64,000 nt of DNA from Limnothrix sp. BL-A-16 (GCA_041937175.2 CP166615.1:2560001-2624000), one strand, 5' to 3'; shown: positions 53,392-64,000, counted from the first letter of the stretch. Notes: generated by a model from the sequence alone, not told the origin. Made by a program: numbers and translations.

Positions 53392-53776
53392 CCCTGCCCT
53401 CCTACGAACCTAAGTGGCTCTCGGATGCGGGTTCGATCGCCCGGCCCAGGGCCAAAAGGCGTGAACCCGCAAGCGCGTTGGTCTCTGTGAATGGGGAGGG
53501 GCCGGCTTGGAGGTGTGTGAAGCGATCAACCCGAAACCAACCCCATTCCTTTTGATCCTAAAGATCACTAGGCACGGTGGTTTCGAGTATGACGCGATCG
53601 ATATTGAACGTTATGCAACGCCATCAGTTGCAACGCCATGTAACAATTAACACCCTGCATTGATCGCAGGATTTCAGGTTCGCTTTGACTGGTTTTGCAG
53701 CTTGTTTTTAATGCCTAAAACCAGACTAGAATTCAACCTCTAACCTGGTTCTAATACTCTCCAAGCCAGCGGCTGA

Positions 53777-54322
53777 CTAGGGAACCTGAACCACCGTTTG
53801 GGCTTCCACCCGTTGACCATTGGCATACAAATCCTGATGGTCATTCGTATTCAAGGTCACCTGGATTTGGTTGCTGCCACTCGGCAGAGATTCCAAGTAA
53901 TACCAGTTGCCATAGAGCCGAGTGAGTTTACGCCCGTTGAGGTACAGATGCGCGTGACCTTGGTTCCAAGCACCGGGTTGGTTAATTTGCTCCGGGGCAA
54001 ATCGAAAATTTTGAACCGTGAGTTGCAGGTTCCAGCCCTGTTTGGGATCCGGCAATACGGCGAGGCTGACGGTGGGGATTGGCTGACCGGCAGGAATATC
54101 AAAACGACCGTGCTGATGCTCGCCGCCATGACCACTGCCATCGTGGGGGCTATGCGGGCTGGCTGAAGGGCTAGCCGGGGGGCTGGATGGGTGATGGTGA
54201 TGATTGCCATCGGCCCGGGCTGGCTGGTAAATCGATTGGGCGATCGGGCTGAGGAGCGTCACCGCCAGAGTCAAGCCAACCGATCGCAAGGAAACACGAG
54301 AGCGGGACAACTTCAGTGGCAT
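53777..54322 (-). CDS. His-rich exported putative metal-binding protein
   Basis: Signal peptide, HHHH..H..H..HQH tract, GHAHLYLNG.KLTRLYG..LNTNDH. Confidence 0.75.
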   Translation of the reverse strand: MPLKLSRSRVSLRSVGLTLAVTLLSPIAQSIYQPARADGNHHHHPSSPPASPSASPHSPHDGSGHGGEHQHGRFDIPAGQPIPTVSLAVLPDPKQGWNLQLTVQNFRFAPEQINQPGAWNQGHAHLYLNGRKLTRLYGNWYYLESLPSGSNQIQVTLNTNDHQDLYANGQRVEAQTVVQVP

Positions 54323-54502
54323 AGCAAGCGAAGAGTAGTTTGGGGATTCAGAAGCAATTGTGAACCGGCGACCAACCTTCTTCAGGCGGATGGTGGGGTG
54401 AGGCGCGCGCAACCGAAAAACTCAGCAAACAACCCAACCAACCGCTCAACGCATTAATTCAGCGCATCAATCAAAAGAACACAGACGATCTCACTGGCAG
54501 CT

Positions 54503-55486
54503 TTAGCCGATCGCCATGGAACTGCTCTGCTGGAGTTGGCGCAGGGCCGTTAAAGCCGTCTGGAAAGCCCCCCAATCGCCACAGTCATAGAAACAACGGA
54601 CAGCACATTCCAAGTCATGAATTGCCGCTTGATGACAATGCATTTGTTGGTGAAGCTGACTGCGGGCCATGTAGGACAAACCGTTCATGGGAGCCAGGGC
54701 GATCGCCCGGTCAAAACTGCCGATCGCCTCCGTGGAACGCCCCAAAGCCTGTAACACCAAACCGCGCAGATGAAAGCCATTGGCTTGCTGGGGGCCGTAG
54801 CGCAAACTGCGATCGAGATCGGCTAAGGCTTGGGGCCGATCACCCTGATCCAGCCAGGTAATCGCCCGGTCGTAATACACCTGAGCGAGGCGATCGAGTG
54901 ATTCATGGCCGAATTGCAGAATGGCCCGGTTGAAATCTTTGATCGCCTCGCGCCCCTGCTGTTGTTCAGCCATCACCAGCCCGTGGTTATACCAAGCTCG
55001 CCCATCCAAGGGATGTTGATGCAGCACCGCTTCAAAATCCTGGGTGGCGGCGGCCCGGTTTTGTTGCCCGCGATAGGCCAAACCACGGTTCAGGTATGCA
55101 TCCGCAAGCTGGGGGTTGAGTTCCAGCGCCGTTGTGCAGTCCCCGATCGCGGCCGCCCAGTCAGCGAGCGCCAGCCAGGTCAGGCAACGGTTGTGGTGGG
55201 CCCGGGCTTGCCGATGGGCATCCGAGGTTCGATCGGCAGCGATCGCGAAGGCCGCTAGCGCATCCGCATAATCACCACGGCTAAAAGCTGATGCACCCAG
55301 CGCCATCGGGTCTTGGGGACTAGAAACCGGAACACTAGCCGGAGTCAGTCGGGATGGCCAATAGATAGTGGCTGCGAGGCCCCAAACAACCACGCTCAGC
55401 AGCAGCGCGATCGCCCAGCGCCCGGATCGATCGGGTTCGGACATAGGGTCGGAGGCCTGTTGAATGACCAAAAGGCAATTCAACAC
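54503..55486 (-). CDS. TPR-repeat protein with N-terminal TM
   Basis: Repeated AY.NRG / A..DF..A TPR motifs. Confidence 0.85.
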   Translation of the reverse strand: MLNCLLVIQQASDPMSEPDRSGRWAIALLLSVVVWGLAATIYWPSRLTPASVPVSSPQDPMALGASAFSRGDYADALAAFAIAADRTSDAHRQARAHHNRCLTWLALADWAAAIGDCTTALELNPQLADAYLNRGLAYRGQQNRAAATQDFEAVLHQHPLDGRAWYNHGLVMAEQQQGREAIKDFNRAILQFGHESLDRLAQVYYDRAITWLDQGDRPQALADLDRSLRYGPQQANGFHLRGLVLQALGRSTEAIGSFDRAIALAPMNGLSYMARSQLHQQMHCHQAAIHDLECAVRCFYDCGDWGAFQTALTALRQLQQSSSMAIG

Positions 55487-55547
55487 TCGGGTTCAATTGG
55501 GTGGGTTAGCCATCAGGAACAGCGCCAGGGCTGCCCAGCGCTCAAAA

Positions 55548-55587
55548 CCGGTCAAGGCATCTGTGGAGGAATGTTGCCTTGACCGGC
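55548..55587 (-). terminator. terminator hairpin downstream of petJ
   Basis: ccggtcaaggca...tgccttgaccgg inverted repeat, with aaaa on the + strand (U tract on -). Confidence 0.7.
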
Positions 55588-55596
55588 TTGCATGAC

Positions 55597-55926
55597 TTAC
55601 CAACCGGCTTCTGACTTGGACAGCACGAAGGAGGCCACATCTTGAATATCTTCGTCCGTCAGCTTGCCCTTGAAGGCCGGCATCGCACCTTTACCGTTGG
55701 TGACCTGCTTCACGATCGCCTCGATCGAGTTCATGCCGTATTTTTCCAAGGCATCCTTCTTCAAGGTCTTGTCTGCCATCACCACGTTACGGCCACCCGC
55801 ATGACAAGCGGCGCAGTTGGCGTTAAAGATTTTGGCTCCATTGGCCACATCAGCCGCATGGGCAGCGCCCGCAAAGCTCAACCAAGCAGCAACCAGAGCG
55901 ATCGCCCAAGATACAAACCGTTTCAT
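55597..55926 (-). CDS. petJ: cytochrome c6
   Basis: Signal peptide AHA, CAACH heme motif, GKGAMPAF. Confidence 0.96.
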   Translation of the reverse strand: MKRFVSWAIALVAAWLSFAGAAHAADVANGAKIFNANCAACHAGGRNVVMADKTLKKDALEKYGMNSIEAIVKQVTNGKGAMPAFKGKLTDEDIQDVASFVLSKSEAGW

Positions 55927-56073
55927 TGTCCTTGATCCTGTCAGTCAGTACTGAAGCGATGAAAAGCTTCAGACCCATTTAGTTCAGATCTGCCCAAGCC
56001 TGTCAAGCCCAGTATTAGTCAAGGTTTGGCAATGGTTTGCAATAATTTTTTAAAATGCTGAACCGAGACACAA

Positions 56074-57027
56074 TCAAGCCGCGTAAAGGCTTTTAATCCA
56101 TTCCCATTCCTGCTCAAGACCCTTGCGAATCGTGACTTGAGGGTCATAGCCCAAAAGATTGCGAGCCTTGGTCACATCGGCGGAGGTGTGACGAGCATCC
56201 CCGATCGCCCGATCCTGATAATCGCGCGCGATCGGGTGGCCCACAATGGCCTCCATTTGATCCAGCACCTCCGTCAGCACCACGCGACTGCCGCCACCGA
56301 TGTTGAAAATTTCCCCGATCGCCGCTGGAACCACCGCCGCCGCCAAATTCGCCGCCACCGCATCGCTGACATAGGTAAAATCGCGGGTCTGTTGCCCATC
56401 CCCATAAATGGGAATTGCCTGATGGGCGATCGCCGCCTTAAAGAACTTGTGAAACGCCATGTCTGGCCGCTGTCGGGGCCCATAAACCGTGAAGTAGCGC
56501 AGGGCCACAAACGGCACCCCAAAATTGTTGCAATAGAGCCGCCCGAGCTGTTCGGCCGCTAATTTCGTAATCCCATAGGGCGACACGGGCTTGGGACAGA
56601 CCAACTCACTGGTGGGAAAGGTCTCCGCATCGCCATAAATAGACGACGTGGATGCATAGACCAACCGTTGCAAATTCGGGGCCTGCTTCGCGGCTTCCAA
56701 GAGGCGCTGGGTCGCCGTGATGTTGCGATCGGTGTAGTCCTGGAACCCAGTTCCCCAACTGGCCCGCACCCCCGCCTGGGCCGCCTGGTGATAAACCACA
56801 TCCGCTTCCGCCAGCAGGGGGGCCCAGTCAATGGCTCGTAAATCCACCTCCAGCAGTTGGAATTGGCCATGATCCAACAGGGGCGCAACGTTTTGCCGCT
56901 TTAGGGCCGGGTCGTAATAGTCATTGAAATGATCAATGCCAATGACCCGATCGCCTCGCAGTAACAGCGTTTCCGCCAGGTGGGAGCCAATGAAGCCGGC
57001 CGCGCCGGTCACGATGCTGGTAGTCAT
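56074..57027 (-). CDS. NAD-dependent epimerase/dehydratase
   Basis: TGAAGFIG, AAQAGVR, YGITK, YGPRQRPDM. Confidence 0.93.
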   Translation of the reverse strand: MTTSIVTGAAGFIGSHLAETLLLRGDRVIGIDHFNDYYDPALKRQNVAPLLDHGQFQLLEVDLRAIDWAPLLAEADVVYHQAAQAGVRASWGTGFQDYTDRNITATQRLLEAAKQAPNLQRLVYASTSSIYGDAETFPTSELVCPKPVSPYGITKLAAEQLGRLYCNNFGVPFVALRYFTVYGPRQRPDMAFHKFFKAAIAHQAIPIYGDGQQTRDFTYVSDAVAANLAAAVVPAAIGEIFNIGGGSRVVLTEVLDQMEAIVGHPIARDYQDRAIGDARHTSADVTKARNLLGYDPQVTIRKGLEQEWEWIKSLYAA

Positions 57028-57333
57028 GGGGAGTTCAGAAATCGCCGTTTTGCAATCGTTGAGGGGAAATTGGCGCGATCGCCCAATCGCTGGTCTAGGT
57101 TTAGCCCAAGTTTTGGCCCTTCGCCTAGCCCAGTCTAGGAAGTTTTGCACCCAAACGTGGAAACAACCAACCCGGAAATGGTCGTTGATGATCGGCGATC
57201 GACCGCGATTGAGTCGAAATTGGACAAGATCCAGCCTCCCAGCGGGGATCGGTGGTGAGAGGAGCGGACGTGCGATATTCTGAGATACTGGCTCCTGGCC
57301 GAGTTCTGTTCACAACTGCGGGTTAAAGATTCT

Positions 57334-58692
57334 GTGAAGGTTTTAGTGGTTGGCAATGGTGGCCGTGAACACACGATCGCCCACATGTTGTTGAAGTCGG
57401 AACAGATGGAGCGGGTCTTTTGTATTCCCGGAAATGGGGGAACGGCCCTGAATCCCCGTTGCCAAAACTTTGCCTTCGCTGCAACTGATTTTGAAGCGAT
57501 CGCTCGCGTTGCCCAAACCCAAGGAGTCTCCCTGGTGGTGGTGGGCCCCGAAGCGCCCTTAGCCGTCGGGATTGTGGACTTTTTGCGCGGGCGACAAATT
57601 CCCGTGTTTGGCCCCACCCAAGCGGGGGCCCAAATCGAAGCAAGCAAGTCCTGGGCCAAAACGCTCATGGCCGAAGCGGGTGTGCCCACGGCCCAGTCCG
57701 CCACCTTCACGGAGCTGGCCCCCGCCCGCGACTATTTGCAGCAAACCGGGGCCCCGATCGTGGTGAAGGCCGATGGTCTGGCGGCGGGCAAAGGTGTAAC
57801 CGTAGCCATGACCCTGGATCAGGCCCTCAAGGCAGTGGAGTCCATCTTTGGCGGCCAATTCGGCTCCGCTGGCTCCAGCGTGGTGATCGAAGAATTTATG
57901 GAAGGGCGGGAAGTATCCGTTCTGGCCCTGACCGATGGCAAAGCCGTGCGCCCTCTGATTCCCGCCCAAGACCATAAACGAATTGGCGAGGGAGACACCG
58001 GCCCCAACACGGGCGGCATGGGAACCTATGCCCCGGCTCCCTTGGTTACGCCGGATCTGATGGCGCGCATTGAAACGGAAGTGTTGCAGCCCACGGTGCG
58101 GGCCCTGGCGGCACGCGGCATTGATTACCGAGGGGTTTTGTATGCGGGGTTGATGATCACGCCTGAGGGGAATCCCAAGGTGGTGGAATTTAACTGCCGT
58201 TTTGGCGACCCGGAAACCCAGGTGGTGTTGCCGCTGCTGGAAACGCCGCTCCATGAGCTGATGCTGGCCTGTGTGGAACAGCGGTTGGCCCAGTTTCCCC
58301 CGATCGCCTGGAAATCGGGCGTGGCCGGCTGTGTGGTGGTGGCCGCCCAAGGCTATCCGGGTAGTTTTGCCAAGGGTACCCCGATCGCGGGTTTGGCAGA
58401 GGCGGAAGCGGTGGGATCCATGGTGTTTCACGCGGGAACGCGCCTGGTGCGATCGAGCGGCAACACTGATCGACTGGTCAGCGATGGAGGGCGAGTCCTA
58501 GGGGTTACGGCGATCGGGGCAGATTTTGACGAAGCCTTCGGAACCGTCTACCGGGCGATCGAGACCATTGACTACGCCGACAAAACCTATCGTCGCGACA
58601 TTGGCTATCAAGTGCGTCAACAACCTTGGGAAACCCTGCCCTCGCCCGGTGTCGTCGCCGCCAGTGACCCTATGCCCACCGAAGCCCCTTAA
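57334..58692 (+). CDS. purD: phosphoribosylamine-glycine ligase
   Basis: GNGGREH, KADGLAAGKGV, QDHKR..GPNTGGMG, RFGDPETQ. Confidence 0.98.
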   Translation: MKVLVVGNGGREHTIAHMLLKSEQMERVFCIPGNGGTALNPRCQNFAFAATDFEAIARVAQTQGVSLVVVGPEAPLAVGIVDFLRGRQIPVFGPTQAGAQIEASKSWAKTLMAEAGVPTAQSATFTELAPARDYLQQTGAPIVVKADGLAAGKGVTVAMTLDQALKAVESIFGGQFGSAGSSVVIEEFMEGREVSVLALTDGKAVRPLIPAQDHKRIGEGDTGPNTGGMGTYAPAPLVTPDLMARIETEVLQPTVRALAARGIDYRGVLYAGLMITPEGNPKVVEFNCRFGDPETQVVLPLLETPLHELMLACVEQRLAQFPPIAWKSGVAGCVVVAAQGYPGSFAKGTPIAGLAEAEAVGSMVFHAGTRLVRSSGNTDRLVSDGGRVLGVTAIGADFDEAFGTVYRAIETIDYADKTYRRDIGYQVRQQPWETLPSPGVVAASDPMPTEAP

Positions 58693-58723
58693 GATCGAAT
58701 CAATCTGCACGCTCCCCGAGACC

Positions 58724-60871
58724 ATGCTTGAGGCGATCGTTACGTTGCGGCAAATCCTGCGTCGCTGGTGGTCAGAATTCACCCTCCAAACCCGATTGAT
58801 GGCGGTGGCAACCCTCGTGGTGTCTCTGCTGACCAGCGGGTTAACCTTTTGGGCCGTCAACACCATCCAGCAGGATGCCCGGCTCAACGACACCCGATTC
58901 GGGCGGGATTTGGGGCTGCTCTTGGCCGCCAACACTGCGCCCCTGGTGGCAGAACAAGACTTGGGCGGCTTGGCTGGCTTCTCGCGCCGGTTTTATAACA
59001 GCACCTCCAGCGTTCGGTATTTGCTCTATGCCGACGTGGACGGGGATATCTTCTACGGCATTCCCTTTTCCGATACGGAGGTGAAGAACTCCCTAACCCT
59101 GCGTCGTCGGATTCAGTTGCCGCCGGACTATGCGGCCGATCTCGATCGCCCCTTGGTGCGTCAACACCTCACCCCTAACGGTCAAGTTACGGATGTGTTT
59201 GTGCCCCTCACCCATGAGGGTCAATACTTGGGGGTGTTGGCTGTGGGCACCAATCCCAATCCGACGGTGGTGGCCTCGTCGGGCCTGACCCGCGACGTGA
59301 CAATCGCCGTGTTTGTATCGATTTGGGTGATGGTGATTTTGGGGGCTGTGTTTAATGCCCTCACCATCACCAAGCCGATTAAGGAATTGCTGATCGGTGT
59401 CAAAAACATCGCCTCTGGGGATTTTAAGCAGCGAATTACCCTGCCGTTTGGCGGCGAACTCGGGGAGCTAATTGCCAGTTTTAACGACATGGCGGAGCGC
59501 CTGGAGCGCTATGAAGAACAGAATATTGAAGAGCTAACGGCCAGCAAGGCCAAGCTCGAAACCCTAATCGCCACGATCGTCGATGGGGCCCTGCTGTTGG
59601 ATACGGATCTGCGCGTGGTGTTGGTGAATCCCACGGCCCGACAGATTTTTGGCTGGGATCGCGAAACGGACGGCCAGCCGATCATTGGCAAAAATGTGCT
59701 CTATGAGTTTCCACCCGAGGTGCAGGTGAAGCTCACGCGCCCGCTCTACCAGTTGGCGGAAGGCAAGGCCGACGAGGGCGAAGAGTTTCGCATTACCCTG
59801 ATGGAACCGGTAAAGCGGACAGTGCGCATTTTGCTGTCGCCAGTGCTGTCCCAACGGGCAATCGGGGATGGGCACCTGTGCGACACTTGCGAGCACCATC
59901 AGCAGGATCAGTGCAGCGATGCCCAACGGCCCCTCGCCAGGGAATGTAATCTCTATGCCGATCAAGACGGTGAGGCCCCGGGCGATCGCTACCGTGAAAG
60001 CATCCGAGGGATTGCCGTCACGGTGCAGGACATTACTCGGGAAGTGGAGCTAAACGAGGCTAAAAGCCAATTCATCAGCAACGTTTCCCACGAACTACGC
60101 ACGCCGTTGTTTAACATCAAGTCCTTCATTGAAACGCTCCATGACTATGGCGATGATCTGTCGCCGGAACAGCAACGGGAGTTTTTGGACACCGCCAATC
60201 GTGAAACCGATCGCCTCACCCGGTTGGTGAATGACGTGTTGGATCTCTCTCGGTTGGAATCCAGCCGCAGTTACACGTTTGACGCGATCGACCTGGTACA
60301 GCCGATCGAACAAACCCTGCGCACCTACCAGCTCAATGCTCGCGACAAGGGAATCGAACTGACCCAAGAGCTGGCCCCCAACCTGCCGCCCGTTTTGGGT
60401 AACTATGATCTGTTGCTGCAAGTGTTCGCCAACTTAGTGGGCAATGCCCTGAAATTTACCCCCAAGGGCGGCCAGGTGGCGATCCGAGCCTATATTCCCC
60501 AAGACCCCGCCGTTCAACCGGCCCTCTGGGATACCTGCCCGGTGAATGCGGCAACCGGCCCAGCCAAATCCCAGTCCGAGGTGGTGAGCGTGGTGCGGGT
60601 GGAAGTGGCCGACACCGGCATTGGCATTGGCCCCGAAGATTGCCATGCCATTTTCGATCGGTTCTATCGGGTCGAAAACCGGGTGCATACCCTCGAAGGC
60701 ACGGGGTTGGGCCTGTCGATCGTCCGTAACATCATTGACAAGCACCAAAGCAGCGTCAAATTGATCAGCGAAGTGGGCGTAGGGACGATTTTTTGGTTTG
60801 ACTTGTTGATTTATCGGGATGGGTTAACCCTGCCGGAACCCATGCCCGTGGTTTCCAGCACCCTGGGTTAG
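58724..60871 (+). CDS. nblS: sensor histidine kinase NblS/Hik33 (TM-HAMP-PAS-HisKA-HATPase)
   Basis: WWSEFTLQTRLMA..NDTRFGRDLGLLLA, ISNVSHELRTPLFNIKSFIE, RVENRVHTLEGTGLGL; follows purD. Confidence 0.95.
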   Translation: MLEAIVTLRQILRRWWSEFTLQTRLMAVATLVVSLLTSGLTFWAVNTIQQDARLNDTRFGRDLGLLLAANTAPLVAEQDLGGLAGFSRRFYNSTSSVRYLLYADVDGDIFYGIPFSDTEVKNSLTLRRRIQLPPDYAADLDRPLVRQHLTPNGQVTDVFVPLTHEGQYLGVLAVGTNPNPTVVASSGLTRDVTIAVFVSIWVMVILGAVFNALTITKPIKELLIGVKNIASGDFKQRITLPFGGELGELIASFNDMAERLERYEEQNIEELTASKAKLETLIATIVDGALLLDTDLRVVLVNPTARQIFGWDRETDGQPIIGKNVLYEFPPEVQVKLTRPLYQLAEGKADEGEEFRITLMEPVKRTVRILLSPVLSQRAIGDGHLCDTCEHHQQDQCSDAQRPLARECNLYADQDGEAPGDRYRESIRGIAVTVQDITREVELNEAKSQFISNVSHELRTPLFNIKSFIETLHDYGDDLSPEQQREFLDTANRETDRLTRLVNDVLDLSRLESSRSYTFDAIDLVQPIEQTLRTYQLNARDKGIELTQELAPNLPPVLGNYDLLLQVFANLVGNALKFTPKGGQVAIRAYIPQDPAVQPALWDTCPVNAATGPAKSQSEVVSVVRVEVADTGIGIGPEDCHAIFDRFYRVENRVHTLEGTGLGLSIVRNIIDKHQSSVKLISEVGVGTIFWFDLLIYRDGLTLPEPMPVVSSTLG

Positions 60872-61037
60872 GCCCTGGGGCAATCTTGGGGCGAGTCGGG
60901 CGGCGATCGCGACTGATCCGCATCCCACAAGGGTCGATCGCCCGTGTTAGCCTAACGATGATTGGCGGGGCTACTCAGTCCGAGCGTCAGCCCGAGCTGT
61001 TGATGAACCCTGGTAGGCATACGGAGTCGATCGTCCG

Positions 61038-61376
61038 ATGGATGGAAATAACTGGCTGCAACAACTGCTGACCATTGGTTTGGGAACAACGGCCATTGTT
61101 GCAGAACGCCTCAAGGAAGCCAGCGATGAATGGGTTCGCAGCGGCCGCTTGGATCCAGAACAGGCCCGCAAGGTGGTGGATGACCTGATGCAGCGTTTGC
61201 AGTCCGGCGGCAATCCCTCCCCCAGCGAAAGTTTTGATTCCCTGATTCAGCAGCAGTTTCGGAAGGTGATGAAGGATTTTGGTGTGCCCGATCGCTCAGA
61301 GGTAGACGAACTGCGCGGCCGGATCGATCGGCTAGAGCGCCAAGTGCGCGACCTGGAAAATCGACTGTGGCGTTAG
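61038..61376 (+). CDS. phasin-family protein
   Basis: GLGTT..., SEVDELRGRIDRLERQVRDLENRLWR. Confidence 0.75.
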   Translation: MDGNNWLQQLLTIGLGTTAIVAERLKEASDEWVRSGRLDPEQARKVVDDLMQRLQSGGNPSPSESFDSLIQQQFRKVMKDFGVPDRSEVDELRGRIDRLERQVRDLENRLWR

Positions 61377-61442
61377 GGCGATCGCTCGTTAGGATCAAGA
61401 ACGACCCACTTTGCTCGCAGATTGATCGAGGAGACTAGACCC

Positions 61443-62039
61443 TTGCGTGATGTGTTAATCAGCTTTGGGGTGATGTTGGTTTGCCTAGTGGCCGTGTTGA
61501 TGGTCACCTTCACGGGCAAAGCCCCCACCGCCGAAGCAAACCCCCTATCCAGTCAACCGGCGGCCGAAGCCACTGCCAACGGTTCCAAACTGGCAGCCCG
61601 TCTCATTAGCGACGCGGCCGCTCAACTGCGATCGCCTGAGATTGCCACCTTGCCCACCGATACCCAGGAGACAACCCTCGTGGCCGACGCGAGCAACCTG
61701 ACCACCACCGATTCCGGCCTGCAATACGAAGACCTGACCGTGGGAACCGGCGCAGCCCCCACGCCCGGCCAGAACGTCACGGTTCACTACACCGGCACGC
61801 TCACGGACGGCAAAAAATTTGATAGCTCGCGCGATCGGGGTCAGCCCTTCAGCTTCCGCATTGGCGTGGGTCAAGTGATCAAGGGTTGGGACGAAGGTGT
61901 CCTGTCCATGCGGGTTGGTGGTCGCCGCAAGCTGGTGATTCCGCCGGACTTGGGCTACGGGGCCCGGGGAGCTGGTGGGGTGATTCCTCCCAACGCCACC
62001 CTGGTGTTTGATGTGGAATTGCTGCGCGTGGGGGGTTAA
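61443..62039 (+). CDS. FKBP-type peptidyl-prolyl isomerase
   Basis: [34 protein letters not shown]. Confidence 0.95.
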   Translation: MRDVLISFGVMLVCLVAVLMVTFTGKAPTAEANPLSSQPAAEATANGSKLAARLISDAAAQLRSPEIATLPTDTQETTLVADASNLTTTDSGLQYEDLTVGTGAAPTPGQNVTVHYTGTLTDGKKFDSSRDRGQPFSFRIGVGQVIKGWDEGVLSMRVGGRRKLVIPPDLGYGARGAGGVIPPNATLVFDVELLRVGG

Positions 62040-62305
62040 TCAACAGCTAGTTCCCGCTCAGCATCAGCACTGATGGTTTTTGGACTCTGGGAAAGCATCC
62101 AAGATCTTGGATAGGGGCGATCACTCCGGCGGGGCGATCGCCCCTTGTGCTGGCCACCGATCGCGGGGAGTCGCGAGCGCACCAGCACGATCAAGCAGAT
62201 CCCCCGGTCTGGATTCGGTATCCTGAATGAGGTTGATCAGTCCCTAGGTCAACCGACAATCAAGCGCCGCACCCACTGACGGTGCAAGCGGAATCAGCCA
62301 CGCCC

Positions 62306-63025
62306 ATGTCAACGCAACCCCCAAAGTCCAAGCGGTTGAGAAACGGGCAACCACTGCGCCCCTTTTCCCGCGCCTCAGCATCCGCCACGGCTCCCCAGGG
62401 TAACCAGGGCGGGCGGTGGCATTGGCAACATTGGCTCCCTTCCCTGACGGCAACCCTGCGGCAAGCACCCGTTTGGACTTGGCAACGGCGACATTGGTGG
62501 GGGTCGGGGTTGGTGGTGCTCCTGACCATGGGGGCCATGCGATCGCTCGTCATCGATTCTTATCTGGTGACCCTGCCAACCATGAGGCCCACCCTGCAAC
62601 CGGGCGATCGCCTGCTGATCGACAAAGCAAGCTACCAGTGGCGCAATCCCGATCGAGGCGAGTTAGTGGCCTTCATGCCGCCCGGCGCGCCGAATCAACC
62701 TCGGGGAGTGTTGGTCAATCGGGCCGTTGGTTTACCCGGCGATCGGGTTGAAATCCAAAGCGGCCAACTCTTGGTTAATCAGCGCCCGATCGCCCATGGC
62801 CAGTCCCTGGCGATCGAAATTGGGGATCTTGCCCCCGTGCGAGTTCCCGCCGCCACCTACTTTGTCATGAGCGATGGTTCCGCCTTGGGTCGTGCCCCAG
62901 CGCTAACCTTCACCTACGGTTACGTGCCGCGCCAAGCCCTAGTAGGGCGAGTTATGTGGCGATTTTTCCCCCTCGATCGCTGGGGGGCACCGACCACGGC
63001 CCCGCCTGATCCAGTCCCTCAGTAG
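62306..63025 (+). CDS. signal peptidase I homolog with substituted catalytic residues
   Basis: LepB fold motifs (M.PTL..GDRLLIDK, GLPGDRV, VGR....FPL) but TM instead of SM, NR instead of KR, SDGS instead of GDNR. Confidence 0.75.
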   Translation: MSTQPPKSKRLRNGQPLRPFSRASASATAPQGNQGGRWHWQHWLPSLTATLRQAPVWTWQRRHWWGSGLVVLLTMGAMRSLVIDSYLVTLPTMRPTLQPGDRLLIDKASYQWRNPDRGELVAFMPPGAPNQPRGVLVNRAVGLPGDRVEIQSGQLLVNQRPIAHGQSLAIEIGDLAPVRVPAATYFVMSDGSALGRAPALTFTYGYVPRQALVGRVMWRFFPLDRWGAPTTAPPDPVPQ

Positions 63026-63344
63026 TCAACGGCGATCATTACGCGGTTTTGCGGTATATCTTCTCAACAACAGACCAGCCGGAATTTTCACCGCTGTAAT
63101 AGCCTGTAATAGGAGTTGAGAGTTTCCAGTTTCTGGCTAACGGCGCACGGATTGATTCCAAGTTTCCAAGCAGAATAGTCAATCATGCCGACGCGCCTGC
63201 ATTCCCCAAGTCCCAATCTTGGATCCTGAACCCCGATCGCGCTTCTCCTGGTTTGCATTTCCCGGGCTTGGCCCAAGGTGCTCAGCGCCCAGCGTTTCAA
63301 GAAGCGCCCTCGTCTACTGCTTTAGTGCATTTAGGATTTTTCTC

Positions 63345-64000
63345 GTGACCGATCAACCCGCTTCCTCGCATAAAGAGCCATCCACCAATCCCCCCACCGA
63401 CAGCGCTTGGGTTGAAGTCCTCAAAACCATTGGTCTCAGCATTGTCCTGGCCCTAGGGATTCGTACCTACGTGGCCGAAGCTCGCTGGATTCCCTCTGAA
63501 TCAATGGTGCCGACGCTGCTGGTGAAGGATCGGTTGATTGTCGAAAAACTGCAATACCGATTTGGCGGCAGCCCCAAGCGCGGCGACATCATCGTCTTCA
63601 TGCCGACCGCCGAACTGCGCCGCCACAACCTCAAAGATGCTTTTATTAAGCGTGTGATTGGTCTGCCGGGTGAACTGGTGGAGTTGCGAGATGGCCAGGT
63701 TTACATCAACGGCCAGCGCCTGAACGAACCCTACATTGCCCGCGAGTCCGTCTTAGCAACCGGTCGCCCCAGTCCTGCGAGTGGCTCAGGGGAGCGCCCG
63801 GCCAGCCGTAGCGCGGATGGCAATGCGGTGCAGCGCACGGATACTAATGTTTGCGTAGGGGATCCGCAACCTTTTCTGGCCCGGCCGGTGCGGGTGCCGC
63901 CCAAGTCTTATCTCGTGCTCGGAGACAATCGCAACCGCAGTTACGACAGCCGTTGCTGGGGAGTCGTTCCGCAAGATTTGATTGTTGGTCACGCAGTTTG
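63345..64000 (+). CDS. lepB: signal peptidase I (3' end outside window)
   Basis: GTG 63345; [35 protein letters not shown] translated from the sequence. Confidence 0.93.
   Translation, partial: MTDQPASSHKEPSTNPPTDSAWVEVLKTIGLSIVLALGIRTYVAEARWIPSESMVPTLLVKDRLIVEKLQYRFGGSPKRGDIIVFMPTAELRRHNLKDAFIKRVIGLPGELVELRDGQVYINGQRLNEPYIARESVLATGRPSPASGSGERPASRSADGNAVQRTDTNVCVGDPQPFLARPVRVPPKSYLVLGDNRNRSYDSRCWGVVPQDLIVGHAV

Noticed and set aside
58526..58723. N-terminal extension of the nblS ORF
   Set aside because: Overlaps purD; NblS homology begins at ATG 58724

Overview
Chromosomal window of a cyanobacterium: abundant HIP1 GCGATCGC/CGATCG, heptamer-type intergenic repeats and moderately high GC. A Limnothrix-like organism is a guess. 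Most of the window is housekeeping: str operon rpsL-rpsG-fusA-tuf-rpsJ, atpD-atpC, recR, recG, purN, purD, hisF, rpmG-rpsR, gor, gloA, prxII, ntcB, petJ, petP, nblS/hik33, an RpaB paralog, FKBP and signal peptidases. An accessory island at about 41.0-51.0 kb starts with a MITE. It carries a ~2280-aa protein that fuses DUF4114, an intact S8 subtilase, LGFP-like, PPC, FG-GAP and PA14 modules, an M23 peptidase and a C-terminal GH24 phage-type lysozyme. Two ~735-bp cassettes follow (a TA pair and a Uma2 nuclease), delimited by a HIP1-anchored direct repeat, and then a PEP-CTERM gene. Other oddities are a 4-Cys insert in the NblS PAS region, an apparently catalytically dead LepB paralog next to an active one, a possible GTT start for recR, two MITEs and a dispersed palindromic REP family. 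All domain calls come from motif recognition by eye; no searches were run.
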